Source of the DNA: Octopus vulgaris
Lineage: Eukaryota
DNA: 64,000 nucleotides
Direction: 5' to 3'
Assembly (NCBI GenBank): GCA_951406725.2
Contig: OX597816.1
Location: 111,786,001 to 111,850,000, forward strand
This document shows positions 1 through 13,629 of this stretch, piece after piece. Position 1 is the first letter of the stretch. Each line of letters begins with the position of its first letter. A program made the position numbers and the translations under genes. The notes below the pieces were generated by a model. That model ran no database searches and was not told where the DNA came from. It worked only from the letters and a program-made list of their open reading frames with translations.

Positions 1-1477
1 CTGCCAATGAGGATAAGAAGCCTATAATCATAGAAACACATTAATTTATGAAAACCTAAAACAAGTATTGAAGAGAATGTAATCTCATTTGATTATTTCA
101 ATATTTTGTAATTTTTTTGTAATTATTCAGAAAAACATATATATATATATAATCATACTTTATAAGATGACTTACTTGCAGTTTAAATTTTTAGCTCAAC
201 AGATGTTTTAACTCAGCATTGCAATTCAAAAAATAGTGTTACTAATAGACATACAGATTTAATTTCTATGGTACCCTACTTAGGGCCCTGCATTTTAAAG
301 TTTTTATTTGGTTATACTAACCCAGTACTTTGCCTTGTAATGAAAGGTAAATCTTACATGCATAGAATTTGAATGCAGAATATTTAAGAGATGTAACAAA
401 ATACACTAATTTTTACGATGTTCTGACAAATCTATCAATTTGGTTATAAGTTCTCCACTTCTCAGATTTAATATCTAGCTTCAAAACTGTATATATTCAT
501 GAGTGATTCCATGGAATAAATATGTCACTACTTCACACTTCTCATTCTCAATAACACTCAGACATCAGTACTAAAATAAGATAAACAAACCTGCCTTTAT
601 ACCAGGTATACTAGACAATACCAAATACATCCATCTTTACTAGATACCAATTAGATAACAATTGGCAATATTAAATGCAAAATACATTTCTTTACAGTTT
701 ATAATTTTTCTATCAATTGAAGTCATCTTTTCAATATCTATACCTTTATTACATTTCAATCAATTTGATCTCTGATCATCATCACTTATATTCATGGAAG
801 TATACAGTACATGTATATCAGTGACCATGTAGGTAAGAACATTTTTACCCTTAGTTTTGGAATAAAGATTTCTAATGCAGATCCAAGAAGGAATGAGGCA
901 GCTGAATGACAACAAAAGATGAAATGAATAAAGTGTAGATGAAAATATTTATATAGTGATAAAGCTCCAACTTGTAAAATTATTGTCTTATTTACATTAT
1001 GGTTGGCAAATGAGTGATGGTAGCATAGAGGTAAGAAGATCTAGACTTGTTTTGTTGAGAATATGATGCTCTCTTGAGTGCATATATCAAGATAAAGTAC
1101 TTCTCTACATTTTGTAACTTAATAGGTCATAGGAAGAGCATCCGATTATAAAGGCCATGCCCAAAATACAACGTATGAGTAAGTTGAGATCCTACAACTC
1201 ATTTAATAGGTTGTTAATCTGAATATGGACAGACTGTGATAACCCATACAACACATAGTACAGAATGCAAACTTAAAACCTTCACACTGCTGCTAATGAC
1301 GATGATGATGAGGAGGATGTGGATGTTGATGATGATGATGATTCACACCACAGATTTAAACACATTCTTTTGTCCTTTTAAAATTACATATAATTAGAGA
1401 ATATCAAATTATTTTCAAGATTTAATTTCAATTTTTACATGAAACAATATCTTTTTCTTATGCTTTTAATATTGTTT

Positions 1478-1807
1478 TCTACTGTAGGCACAAGGCCCGA
1501 AATTTTTGGAAAGTGGGGCCAGTCAATTAGATCAACCCCAGTATGGAACTGATTGTTAAGTACTGCTGGGAGGACAAACATATACTCAGACAAACACACA
1601 TACACACATATGCAATGGGCTTCCGTACAGTTTCTGTCAACAAAATTCAATCACAAGGCATAGGGTGGCCCTGAGTTATAACAGATGACCCCGAAAGGAT
1701 GAAAGGCAAAGTTGACCTCAGCAGAATTTGAACACAGAATGTAAAGACAGACGAAATACTGGTAACCATTTCACCCAGCGTGCTAACGGTTCTGCCGGCT
1801 CACTGCC
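1478..1807 (-). mobile_element. tRNA-derived SINE (family with GCCTTTCATCCTTTCGGGGTCGAT, Meta-domain-like core), carrying an internal fragment of the CORE-like SINE
   Basis: Minus-strand head GGCAGTGAGCCGGCAGAACCGTTAGCACG with B-box-like GTTCAAATTC; 20-bp TSD ttatgct(t/g)ttaatattgttt at 1458-1477 and 1808-1827. Confidence 0.8.
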
Positions 1808-2405
1808 TTATGCTGTTAATATTGTTTGAACCATGCACAAAGGACAAAACATTCACTTTGAACAATTTTCAAATTAATATCTCTCACTACTTGTTGACAG
1901 ATATTGCACTTTTATAAAACATCGGATAGAAAACTCAGATATTTGAGGTTTTCAAAGGTCAAAGCTAGTAGAGTGCTGTATAGTTCACTGTTGAAAATGG
2001 TAACAATGGTGCAGAACTGCTGAGTGTTTCATTAAGCTGCAGAACCAAGTCTAACAATGCCTAGTACGGAAGTGCTTTTCATATTCATGATTCATTAGCA
2101 GGAATTTCTTTCGTCTAAGATGTCATTTATATTTCTAATAATTAATCATACTTAATTATCAGTCATACTTAACATAGATCATCATCATCATTGTCATTGT
2201 CATCATCGTTTTAACTTAACTTTTCCATGCTTGCATAGGTCAGATGGAATTCATTGAAGCAGATTCTTAATGGCTGGATTCCCTTCCTGTGACCAACCCT
2301 CACCTGTTTCCAAGTAAGTATACTATTACCCCTAAACCAGACATGTTTTCTGGAAGATTAAAATTTCATTGCTTCTGTGACAATGACACTCATAAGTATT
2401 ATGCA

Positions 2406-2714
2406 GTGGAGGCACATGGCCTAGTGGTTAGAGCAGTGGACTCATGGTCAAGGGATTGCGAGTTCGAATCCCAGACTGGGCAATGTGTGTGTGTTTATGA
2501 GCGAAACACCAAAAGTTCCACGTGGCTCCAGCAGGAGGTAATGGCGAACTTCTGCTGACTCTTTCACCACAACTTTCTCTCACTCTTTCCTCCTGCATCT
2601 TGCAACTCACCAGCAACGGACCAGCGTCCCATCCAGGTGGGGAACCTATACACCAAGGAAACTGGGAAGCCGGCTCTTATGAGCAAGGTGTAGCTTGAGA
2701 AGGAACAAACAACA
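2406..2714 (+). mobile_element. tRNA-derived SINE (V-domain-like family), full length
   Basis: A-box TGGCCTAGTGG, B-box GTTCGAATCC; exact 14-bp TSD ataagtattatgca (2392-2405, 2715-2728); homologous to 13630-13940 and 16238-16542. Confidence 0.9.
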
Positions 2715-2751
2715 ATAAGTATTATGCAATGTCAAGACAAGGAGACACTAG

Positions 2752-2790
<39 letters not shown>

Positions 2791-2791
2791 A

Positions 2792-2831
<40 letters not shown>

Positions 2832-3401
2832 TCTCAATATATTTATGATGATGATGAGCTTCTTTCAGTTTCCATCTACTAAATCAGTGAATTTAGTAGA
2901 TGAAAAATGATTTTGAAGAGGACACTGATTTAGCGTCTTCTATTGTAGCCTGGTCCACAATGCTACACAGTAGAACTGAACCCAAAACCCTGTAGTTAGA
3001 TCGTGAACTTCTCAACCACACAACTAATATAATGACCGTGTGGTTTTATCTGTTTAAAACATAAGTGAATATAACCCAATATTATTCTTCTGAAAGACTA
3101 AAATATTCAGAAGCTTTTATTACCATGTATATAATTTTATATAATATATATTGTAAACTTTTGTCAAATAAACAGTAACATAATTATCGCTCAATGAGAT
3201 TGAAAGATTTTATCTTTTCCTTGAGAAGGATGGGTCAGCTATGTTTCCAGCACGACCACCTCCATCATCCTAATATTTGATAGTGGTTATTTTATCGACT
3301 TTGAAACAAAATGCAAAGTCAACCTCAGCAGGATTTAATCTCCACATGTAAAGGAGCAAAATGTAAGACCACGAGGTATTTTGTCTGAAACTTCACCTAT
3401 A

Positions 3402-3790
3402 GGCACAGCCATTGCTGTGTACTTATGGAGTTCCCATTGTAAATATGTGGTTTGGGGTTCAGTCCCACTTCCCAGCACTTTGGGAAAATGTCATCTGTTA
3501 TAACTCAAAGGCCACCCAATGCCTCATGATTGAATTTTGTTGATGGAAACTGTATGGAAGCCCATTGTATATGTGTGTATGTGTGTTTGTTTGAGTAAAT
3601 GTTTGTCCTCCCAGCAGTACTTAACAACCAGTGGTAGTTTGTTTACATCCCTGTGATATAGTGGCTTGTCAAAAAAAAATAGAAGTACCAGACCTAAAAA
3701 TAAGAACTGAGGTTGATAAGTTCAAGTAAGCTCTTCAAAGTGGTGCCCCAGCATGGTCACAGTCTCATAACTGAAACTGGCAAAAGACAA
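3402..3790 (+). mobile_element. Diverged CORE-like tRNA SINE
   Basis: Colinear similarity to 4338-4740 (GGTTCAGTCCCACT, GGAAACTG, CCAGCATGG...CTGAAAC); boundaries approximate. Confidence 0.75.
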
Positions 3791-4337
3791 AACAAAAATG
3801 ATCTCCCATCTTCTATCACCAAGTTCAACTATAACAGGAATATAACACTTCTTCAATGAGTTCTTCTTTTGGTGACATCATGCTTTTCTCTTTACTTTTT
3901 TTTCCTTTTTGCTCCTCATGTATATTTATATATTTGGCATCAAGAAAGAGATCAACCTCCTATAGGTATACTATGACATGCCAGGAATTACACTTAAAGA
4001 TTGGGATAAAGTAGGACTGCATGACCAGGTTTGTGACAATATTTGCCATCTTGATCTCCTCATGGAATTTCTGTGACAGATGAAACTTGAAGCATATCAA
4101 TGCAAACAGCATGCTTGTCTAAAATTTTGCATTTGGCAGTTTATGAAATATGGAAACGTCTTAAAATGACTCAACTGTCATTTTAGCATAGGGAAATAGT
4201 ATTGTAGATGTCGAATGAAAGATTTTGATACTTAATAACATATAATACTAATATAAATAAAATAAAACTAAATATAACTACATATGTGTGCTTTCAATGG
4301 CTATAATGACTCTGATGTATATTATTGAAGGTACATA

Positions 4338-4740
4338 GGCACAGGAGTGGCTGTGTAGTAAGTAGCTTGCTTACCAACCACATGGTTCCGGGTTCAGTCC
4401 CACTGCGTGGCACCTTGGGCAAGTGTCTTCTACTATAGCCTTGAGCCGACTAAAGCCTTGTGAGTGGATTTGGTAGACGGAAACTGAAAGAAGCCTGTCG
4501 TATATATGTATACATATATATGTGTGTGTGTGTGTTTGTGTCTGTCCCCCCAACATTGCTTGACAACCGATGCTGATGTGTTTACGTCCCCGCAACTTAG
4601 CGGTTCGGCAAAAGAGACCGATAGAATAAGTACTAAGCTTACAAAGAATAAGTCCTGGGGTCGATTTGCTCGACTAAAGGTGGTGCTCCAGCATGGTAGC
4701 AGTCAAATGACTGAAACAAGTAAAGAGTAATAAAGAGAGT
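4338..4740 (+). mobile_element. CORE-like tRNA-derived SINE (most abundant family in the window), full length
   Basis: tRNA head GGCACAGGAGTGGCTGTGTAGTAAG...GGTTCAGTCCC, CORE-like GTGGCACCTTGGGCAAGTGTCTT, internal (TA)/(TG) microsatellite, tail GACTGAAACAAGTAAAGAGTA; more than 10 homologues in the window. Confidence 0.9.
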
Positions 4741-4851
4741 ATAGCATTTAGAATGTCTGTTGGGTTCTTGATTGTAATGTTGTTGGTTCAATTCCAGATT
4801 GTGTGGTATGTTGATCCATTGAGCAATGTACTTCATTTCTCATTATTCCAG

Positions 4852-5060
4852 TCAAAAGCTGTGAGCTGGCAGAATTGTTAGCATGCTGGGCAAAATGCTT
4901 AGCAGCATTTCATCCGTCTTTGTGTTCTGAGTTAAAATTCTGCTGAGGTAGACTTTGCCTTTCATCCATTTGGGGTCAATATCATAAGTACTATTTGAGT
5001 ACTGGGGTCAACGTAACCAACTTACTGCTGCTCCTGAAACCTCGTGTCAAAATTTGAAAC
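4852..5060 (+). mobile_element. Meta-domain-like tRNA SINE
   Basis: GAGCTGGCAGAATTGTTAGC head, GACTTTGCCTTTCATCC core; TSD cattattccag at 4841-4851 and 5061-5071. Confidence 0.85.
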
Positions 5061-5095
5061 CATTATTCCAGCCGACTCAATTGAAAATGAATACC

Positions 5096-5315
5096 TATTT
5101 CTTTACTGCCCACAAGGGCTACACACACAGGGGACAAATGGATAAAGTCGATTATATAGACTCCAGTGCGTAACTGGTACTTGTTTAATCGACCCCGAAA
5201 GGATGAAAGGCAAAGTTGACTTCAGCGGAATTTGAACACAGAACGTAACAGCAAACGAAATACGGCTACGTATTTCACCTGGCGTGCTAACGTTTCTGCC
5301 AGCTCGCCGCCTCAG
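5096..5315 (-). mobile_element. Meta-domain-like tRNA SINE
   Basis: Reverse complement of the same family; TSD tgaaaatgaatacc at 5082-5095 and 5316-5329. Confidence 0.85.
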
Positions 5316-7136
5316 TGAAAATGAATACCAACCATAGTCGTGGCTGATTCCAGTGTCTTGTGACAGACACCCATGCTGATGGTACATAATAAGCACCCTT
5401 CAGACATTGGGCCTCAAAGAGGTGATAAGTATGTAACTGAGTAGAAGATAAGGCAGATTTTAACTTTGCAGTGAGATGGTTTCCCATTCAAGAAGGAGTG
5501 TTGCATCCTCAGCCACTTATATACCAAAAAGTAAAGCAGAATAAGCTCTAAATTAATGAGCCTGTAGGCACAACACAGACTTGAACTATTTTAATGACTC
5601 TATTAAGTGAAATTGTTTAACTGCCATCATCCAATCTCAGTTTAAGTCATTTGCCAAGCAAGCGAAATCCCTATTAAAAATAAATCCATTTTCCTTTTAA
5701 TCAGTAACATTTCATATCATATTGTAACTACCAAGGTTACATTCATAATTAACATGAATTTAACCAAAGGTTAGCTTCATAATTAAGGCTGTGAGCCACT
5801 AAGAAATAATATTGGAGTATAAAGCTTTCATCTTCATTTCACCATCATTATCATCTTCATCAATGACATTTTCCATCGATTCACCACCACCACTACCACT
5901 ACCACCACCCAACTAACCAATGAGATATGCCACCTTCTTCAATACTGGACACAGAGTTTCTAACTCTATTTGTCATTTATTGATCTCTTTGTTCAGATTT
6001 CTATGTATATGTCACATTCACATGTGTATGTGATGAGGCCAAGGTTCTACATAATTCTTCTGATCCCTAACAGCAGATCATACAATACACTGGCGAGCAT
6101 AATTTGCTGGAAAGAAGTTAAAAGTGCTTTGTGGCCTGGCTGATGAGAAACCTGACTGAAAGAAGATAACAGTAAAGCTGTTGCTAACACACTAGATATA
6201 GAAAGCCAAGAAATTTTAATTAATTAAAATTGCACCTATGGTGAGGAGAACAGTTTCATCATAATAATCATCATGACTTTTGAATGAGTTATATAGTTCA
6301 AACTGGCCTCTAACTCTTACGTTCTTCAACTAAAATATCCATTCTCATTTGATAGAATCAGATGCAATATATGATATTTGATATATTAGTTATTGTTGGT
6401 GAAAATGTTATTATAGGTCTACTCTGGTTTCAATCTGCTACTACCTTACTACATACCAACAATGAATTCTCTATTTCTTTCTTCGATACACTGTTTGATT
6501 GAAATATTTAACATCTCTCATTTTCCTGACTTCATATTACATTAAATTAGCATTAAATTACCTGTTTTTATGAGGCTTAACTGAAATCAAAGAAACTATG
6601 GAGATCTGTTCCTTGTTCGTTTTTCCTGAATAAATATGATCTTAATTCTTGCAAATCTTATGCTGATTATTTTATGATTCTAAGGGCAGCTTTTTATTAG
6701 ATTTCCTTTCTTTCTTTGCTTTTCTTTCATAATTCCTACCAAATTAAGTGATTGCTTGAGGCTTGTTTTATTGTTGGTTTCTTACTACCTTGTTAGGAGT
6801 GACTTCTAATAGAAAAAAATGTATGAAGGAAAATTAATAAACATTATTTACAGAAACATGATTCAGATATGTTCAAAACCAAGTCTTCAGGGATGTAACA
6901 ATGCTATAAATAAATAATATTTCCTTATTACATCTACCAAATATTTTACTGTAACTTTACTTTCGTTTTTATCTGCTACTGATCTACAGCAATTCTTTAG
7001 CCAACAAGCTGAGCATGAAGTGTTGGAAGACTATTGGAATGTAAACAAGTTTATGCCTAGACACAACTCATTTACATAATAGCATATGGTTTGTGGCTAA
7101 ACATTTATCACTAGAGTACCAATACAGTTAAGGCAA

Positions 7137-7800
7137 TCATCATTGTCTTTTAATGTCTGCTTTCCATGCTGGCATTGTTTGGATGGTTTGACAGGAGCTG
7201 GCCAGCGGGGGAATTGCCCAAGTTCCAATTGTCTGTTTTGATATGGTTTCTATAGGTGGAGCCCTTCCTAATGCCAACCACTTCACAAAGTGCACAGGGT
7301 GCTTTTTATGTGACACCTGCACAGGCGTTTTTATGTAGCACCAGCACAGATATGTTTACATGGCACAGGCACTTTTATGTGACATCAACATGGAAGCTTT
7401 TACACGGCACCAGCATTGGCACTTTTACATAACAGTAGCATGAGTTCTTTTAAATGGCACCAGCACCTGTGAGCCCTCAAGGGAAGGACCTCTTGGCTGA
7501 GGATGGAGCCTCTTGTATGTAGGGAGGGCCACAGTTTTACTTAGCTTGACATTTCATCTCAAGCACAGTAAACCACCAGAAGTTTCAGCCCTTTATCATC
7601 TCCTCAGTGAGGCTCCATGACTGAAGATCCTTTCTCACAACTTCTTCCCACATCTTCCTGGATCTACTCCTTTCACAGGCTCCCTCCACAATTAGAGATT
7701 GTTACTTCTTTATACACCTGTGCTCATCCATATGCATCACATGGCCATACCAGTACAGTCTTCTCTCTTGCACACTACAACTGATGCCAATTTTTCTCTC
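7137..7800 (-). mobile_element. 5'-truncated RTE LINE 3' fragment
   Basis: Minus strand encodes VQERRLYWYGHV, matching the C-terminus of ORF 28253-29899; followed by the shared 3'UTR and (GAT) tail. Confidence 0.85.
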
Positions 7801-8619
7801 AAATCATTTTCTCTTAAATCATTCCCATTCTGAATGAGTGAATAAATATATGGAACCTTATTTACATGCATTAGGATGGAAAGAAAATCCTATCACATTT
7901 CAAGATAGGAAAGAAACAAAAGCTTCTTTGGTCTTTAATGATATATTTAATCATGATATTATTTCCTTTCATTATTGATCTAATCTTATCTATTTGGTAA
8001 GTTGTTGATCCCTCAGGCATAAAATTCTGCAGGCTTCAAAGCAAAGAAGCACTCAATATCATTTTTTTACTTCTACACAACTAATAAGCTTTTTACCTCT
8101 AAATGATGTAGCAGCAGTCTGAAAAGATAATGGTGAGTGGGAACAAGGTCAGGAGCGGATGAAACAAAGCTTCCATATTTAGTGGAATAATCTTTTCCTG
8201 AGTAATTCAGGCAATATATTGTCTTGCATTATCATTTATCAACAAGCCTCCTTCACTACTGTTCAATTATGAATGTTTTTTCTGAAAATTTTTGTACAAT
8301 GCTTCCAAGTGATAACAAAACATCGTTTCATTTTGACTTAACTCTTTGTGAGAGACAACAGCCTTTATATCCCAATGAAACACAGGGAATAACACTTTTT
8401 CAGATGTAATCCTGGCTTGGGAATAGATTCACCTTTATCTGTGTCAGCTAACCATTATCGTTTTCCTTGGGTTTGATTATCAAGAACACATTTTTCATCA
8501 CTTGTGATGATTCTACTCAGAAAAGGTTTGGTGGCAAGTTTAATGATGAGTAGAGGGCAACACTTTGTTTAAGCTGAGAAGCATTCAGATGAAGAGAGAC
8601 CCACTGACCAATTCTTTTT

Positions 8620-9007
8620 TTTATCATTTACTCATTTCAGTCATTAGCTTGTGGCCATGCTGGGGAACTGCCTCAAAGAATTTTCAGTCAAATGAATCAA
8701 GCCCAGTACATTTTTTTTAAGCCTGGCAATTATTCTATCAGTTTTGTTTGTCAAACTGCTAAGTTATGAGGAAGTAAAGTCATCAACACTTATCAAGTTG
8801 TGGTGGGGGAAAAACACAAACACAAAGGCACACACACACACACACACACACATACGATAGGTTTCTTTCAGTTTCTGCCAACCAAATCTTCTCACAAGGC
8901 TTTGGTCAGTCCGAAGCTATAGTTGAAGACACTAAGGTGCCATGCAGTGGGACTGAACTCAGAACTACATTGTTGGGAAACAAGCCTATTACCATACAAC
9001 CATGCCT
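8620..9007 (-). mobile_element. CORE-like tRNA SINE
   Basis: Reverse complement of the 4338-4740 family. Confidence 0.85.
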
Positions 9008-9181
9008 TTAGACATTTTTCCTAGTTCATGAATGTATCTAATGTGAATTGAATGAAACTATTTTGCTAATTCCTGTAAGTCTGTTTCAGATTTTTCCTCC
9101 ACTTTGGTTTTCAGAAGCTCAACATTAACAGATCTTGGTCCTTCAAATTGAAAGGAATCTGTGAGAGGAAAATTTTCTTGG

Positions 9182-9567
9182 AGGTGTAGTTGTGTGGTAA
9201 GAAATTTGCTTCCCAACTACATGGTCCTGGGTTCAGTCCCACTTTGTGGCACCTTGAGCAAGTGCCTCAGGTTGACCAAAACCTTGTGAGTAGATTTGGT
9301 AAACAGAAACTGAAACAATCCCTTCGTGTATATATATATATTGGTTTGTGTGTGTGTGTGTGTGCGTGTGTTTTATGTCCATGTTTGACACTCAATACTG
9401 CTTAACAACCACCGTTGGTGTGTTTACATACTTGTAACTTAGCAGTTTGGCAAAAAAGATCAACAGAATAAGTACTGGGGTCGCTTCATTTGAATAAAAT
9501 TCTTCAAGGCAATGTTCCAGCATGACCACAGTCTAATAACTGAAACAAGTATAAGATAAAAGATAAA
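9182..9567 (+). mobile_element. CORE-like tRNA SINE
   Basis: Same family as 4338-4740. Confidence 0.85.
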
Positions 9568-10498
9568 ATCCTCATTAGCATGTCCAGACATTTAAAGCAT
9601 CATTTCCATAGATAGAATGAATATTTTTTGCCATCTCCATTGTTGAAGTCCTATCACCTTCAGGGCCTGATATGGGTCTGATTAAAACTCATTTTAAAAG
9701 GGTACAATCTATATAAATTTAGCCACTTTAATATACTGTAATCGGCAAAGAAAGAAAAGCATATTAGAATCTAAAAATGAATGCTTAATTTGCTGTATTT
9801 AAAAACTACCCGCGTAATGATCATGTTAAACAAGCAACAGAACTTTCTAACCCAATATTCTTACACTTGATTTCATCCATCTGTATGTTCTGAGTTCAAA
9901 TTCTGCTAAGGTCAATTTTGTCTTTCATCCTCTCAGGGTCAATAAAATAATTACCTATTGAACACTGGGGGTCAAAGTAATTGACTTGCTCCCTACCCTG
10001 AAATGCTGGTCTTCCACCAAAATTTGAAACAAATATTTTACCTCTGGTATCTTGAAAAGGAAAAGTAAATTGTTCTTGATGAATGTCAACAAATAATAAA
10101 GCCAGTCGGCCTGATCATTATCCCAAGCTGCAAAAGAGGTCCACATGGGATGTAATTTAAAAGCAAGATTAAATATATGCAGATACAACCATATTTCTGT
10201 TTAATAAAAGCAATTAGCCAACAATGGAACTATGTAAACTTGACAACTCCTCATAACTCATGTTCCAGCAAGCATAGAATAAACACATTGAGAAATACAG
10301 ATCACAAGAATAGGTGGTAGGACTACCGTGTAATTGATAGGTATTTCAATAGATCAATCGATCAATCAATCAATGGAGGGAGAGATGGTTGGAGGGGTAG
10401 GTGGATGGACAGGTACACTACACTAAATTTGACCGGACTTTCAGTATTGAGTCTCCACACCAATAAATGTGACGTTGTTTTTCTTAAATTAGCTTTAA

Positions 10499-10710
10499 CC
10501 CTTTAGCATTTAGACCAGCCATATCCAGCCCAAATATTCTACCTATTTTATGTCCAAACCAACCAAATCTGGCCTCTCACACTTACCATATAATGTCATT
10601 CTAAAAATTAACATTTAATAAATATCAAAGCTATGAGATAATGCATGTTAAATTCAAAACTATGAATAAATAAGCATTACATTTGATAGAATATTCTAAA
10701 TGCTAAAGAA
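10499..10710. mobile_element. piggyBac-type MITE
   Basis: TTAA at both ends (10495-10498, 10711-10714), TIR CCCTTTAGCATTTAGA / TCTAAATGCTAAAGAA; homologue at 19835-20054. Confidence 0.85.
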
Positions 10711-11526
10711 TTAAAATGATAACCTTAACTACCCTCCCTAATTCTTCTGTCTGTATGCTCTCTCTGTTTTCTGTCTTTGGACATACTGTTTTGATATTAC
10801 CTGTCACATTGTCACCAACATATTTACATCTGTTTTTGGCACCATTGCACCCCCACCCACTCATGTAAAATGCAAGGTAACAATGACATTTTTCCACAAC
10901 AATAAACTTGTTCATGCTCCTACCATTATACTTTAAGCTCTCAACACTTTATATAAAGCAACAACTTTATCTCCAATTTTACTCCTTTGTTGAAGGGGCT
11001 CCTTAGAGTTACAAAGTGACTAGTGCTGATTCCATAAAGAAACTACCCAGTACACTCCGTAAAGTGGTTGGCATTAGGAAGGACATCCAGCCATAGAAAC
11101 AATGCCAAAACTGAAACACAGGAGCAAGGAGTGGTCCTCTGACCTACTGGATCCTGTCAGAATGTCTAACCCATGCCAGCATGGAAAGCAGAAGTGGAAA
11201 TGATGATGATGATAGTGATGAATCTTACAGACAGACAGACAGACAGATAGATGAAGAAAGAAAGAAAGGGAGAGAGAGTGAGATGGGGCCAGAGAGCATT
11301 GATTTTCAACTTCTTAGTGCTAGGAAAATTAAGCTAAACTTCAGCATACCTTGATACAGGATACAATTCACAGAATAAGCTCCTTAGTTGTCACTTGACT
11401 TGTAGATAATAGCAACCACATCTCACTCAAATTACACACTGCAGCAGAGATTTCCAAATATAATCTGTAGTTTTTTTATTATTTGCATTTATGAATTAAA
11501 TACTATGTGAAAAAACATTCAAGTTA

Positions 11527-11815
11527 GGTCGTTGCCAGTGCTGCTGGACTGGCTCCTGTGCAAGTGGCACATAAAAAACACCATTGATCATGGCCGTTGC
11601 CAGTACCACTTGACTGGCCCTCATGCCAGTGGCACGTAAAAGCACCCACTACTCTCTCGGAGTGGTTGGTGTTAGGAAGGGCATCCAGCTGTAGAAACTC
11701 TGCTAGATCAGATTGGAGTTTGGTGCAGCCATCTGGTTTGCCAGACCTCAGTCAAATCGTCCAACCCATGCTAGCATGGAAAGCAGACATTAAATGATGA
11801 AGATGATGATGATGT
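11527..11815 (+). mobile_element. RTE LINE 3'UTR fragment with (GAT)n tail
   Basis: Strong similarity to 30140-30510. Confidence 0.85.
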
Positions 11816-12887
11816 AATACTCTTTTTAATTGCAATTTTTGGATTTATATAAAATATCTCCCTCCCCCCAAAAGAAAAAAAATATGTTAGCTTTAAAGTG
11901 CACTATAAATAAAAAAACAGTGTGGTAAATATTGTATACAGTCTTAAAACAGATAAAACATATTGGATAAATTAGTCCTAGATATACAATGTCTGGAAAG
12001 TGTATGGTCACATCTGGAAGGCTTTTTATCAAAGGTCTACTTCATTCAAGATGACCTGCAACAACAATTCTACATAAATATTATACAATATAGTCTAGCT
12101 GAACCACTAGTAGTTCATGACTAAGTTTTAGTGATTTACAATGAGCTACATAAGTCCAAAGAAGTCTCTAATTTTTTATATAAGACAATTTAAAAGCCTA
12201 AATTAATTAAAAGCAAATTTACATGTAGATTAATTTTGTTTAATTTAAAAGATTTATGTTCTTCTGTGTCACATAATACAATTAAAAGTAAATTTATATT
12301 TGGTGAATTCATGAAGTTTTCCTCATGAATTTTATGAACCAATTTCAGGAAAAAGTCATGTATGGCTACTTTAAAGAACAGCTCTCTCAGAGACAGATGA
12401 CAAATACAAGAGTTTCTCTCTAAATTTTAATTAATTAATCACCAGACTTCTCATGCTAATATGATCAACCAATTGCTTTTTCTTGTCAATACCCTTAACC
12501 ATAGCTTCTAGCCCATCAATACACCAAAATGTTCTTACCACCTTTGTTAGTTGAATTATGATAAATGTAACATAACTGAAAGAACGCAAATATTTGAATT
12601 TTTCTATGTAGGTTTCTATTTATATTAATAGTAACACACTGCCTGTTTCTTGATGATGTCTGGAATGGTATTGGCTTGGTAGTATCTGGATAGGCATTGA
12701 TTAAGCAATGTCTGGTAAGAAGACACTGAATAGAAAGTAACAGAAAGGGGCATTGGATTTGAAGTAGCTGGAATTGATTTTGCTGTGCCGATGGCTGTAA
12801 AATGGTGATGGTGGTGTACTTATGGCCATTGTAATGGTAGCTATTGTGGTAATGATATTTGTAACTGTGGTGAGGGATTTAGTAGAT

Positions 12888-12996
12888 GGTGGTGGTGGTG
12901 GTGGTGGTGGTGGTTATGGTGGTGGAGGCGGCAGTGGCGGCAGCAGTGGTGGTGGCAGTGGTGGTGGTGGTGGTGGTGGTGGTGGTGGTGGTGGTG
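12888..12996. repeat. (GGT)n microsatellite
   Basis: Imperfect GGT/GGC run, seen directly. Confidence 0.95.
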
Positions 12997-13629
12997 ACAG
13001 GTTTGATGATGATGAAGAATTCAATCTGTTTTGGTATTGATAAAATGGATTTTAAATTGGTATGGAATTTCATCCAGTCTTTTAGAAATTAGTTTCTGTG
13101 CATCCAAGTGTATTAATGGCCAGTCCAGTGCAATAAGAGTAGTGAACAAGAAACCAAATTAGGTGCTAATTTAAAGAGAATTAACAGTCCAAGAGAATTC
13201 TATTGTCTTTAAATGTTGCTAATTTCACATCCACATAATGTTATCATCTCTTTACATCTTCTATGCATTAAGATTTCCACATAACACGTATTTATAAATA
13301 GTTGTACACATAGATGAACTAGACAAAATTTGGATAGTGCGGAGACAAACAGACTGAAATATTAAGTGTATTCATATAAATACATCCAAATCCCATGTAT
13401 ATTCATATATAATAAGATTTAGTACTGGTTTCAGTTTTGGACTATGACCATACTTTCAGCAAGAGTTGCAGTCAATCATATGAAGCCCAGTAGTACTTAT
13501 TTCAGTCTGGTACTTGCTGAATCAATATCTGTTTGTTAAATCAATAATTACACCTTAAGAGATAACACTGATGTTTAGAACTGCTGTAGTGTCAAACACA
13601 TATACATACAGTGGTGTAGCCACTCTATT

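Larger units (their letters stand above)
7990..9690 (-). mobile_element. Degraded mariner (DD34D) transposon interrupted by two SINEs
   Basis: Minus-strand remnants of ITSDEK (~8490), DNARQ (~8225) and APDLVPTHHYLFRL (~8120-8160; YSPDLAPSDYHLF motif); boundaries approximate. Confidence 0.65.

Noticed and set aside
2406-2480. Genuine tRNA genes at SINE heads (also ~13870, ~16470, ~59460)
   Set aside because: They continue into repeat bodies, the first three with TSDs, and no complete cloverleaf is evident
12822-13092. Poly-Pro (formin FH1-like) or poly-Gly exon in the (GGT)n tract
   Set aside because: The Pro frame has an internal TAA and another stop shortly upstream; no flanking domain; explained as a microsatellite
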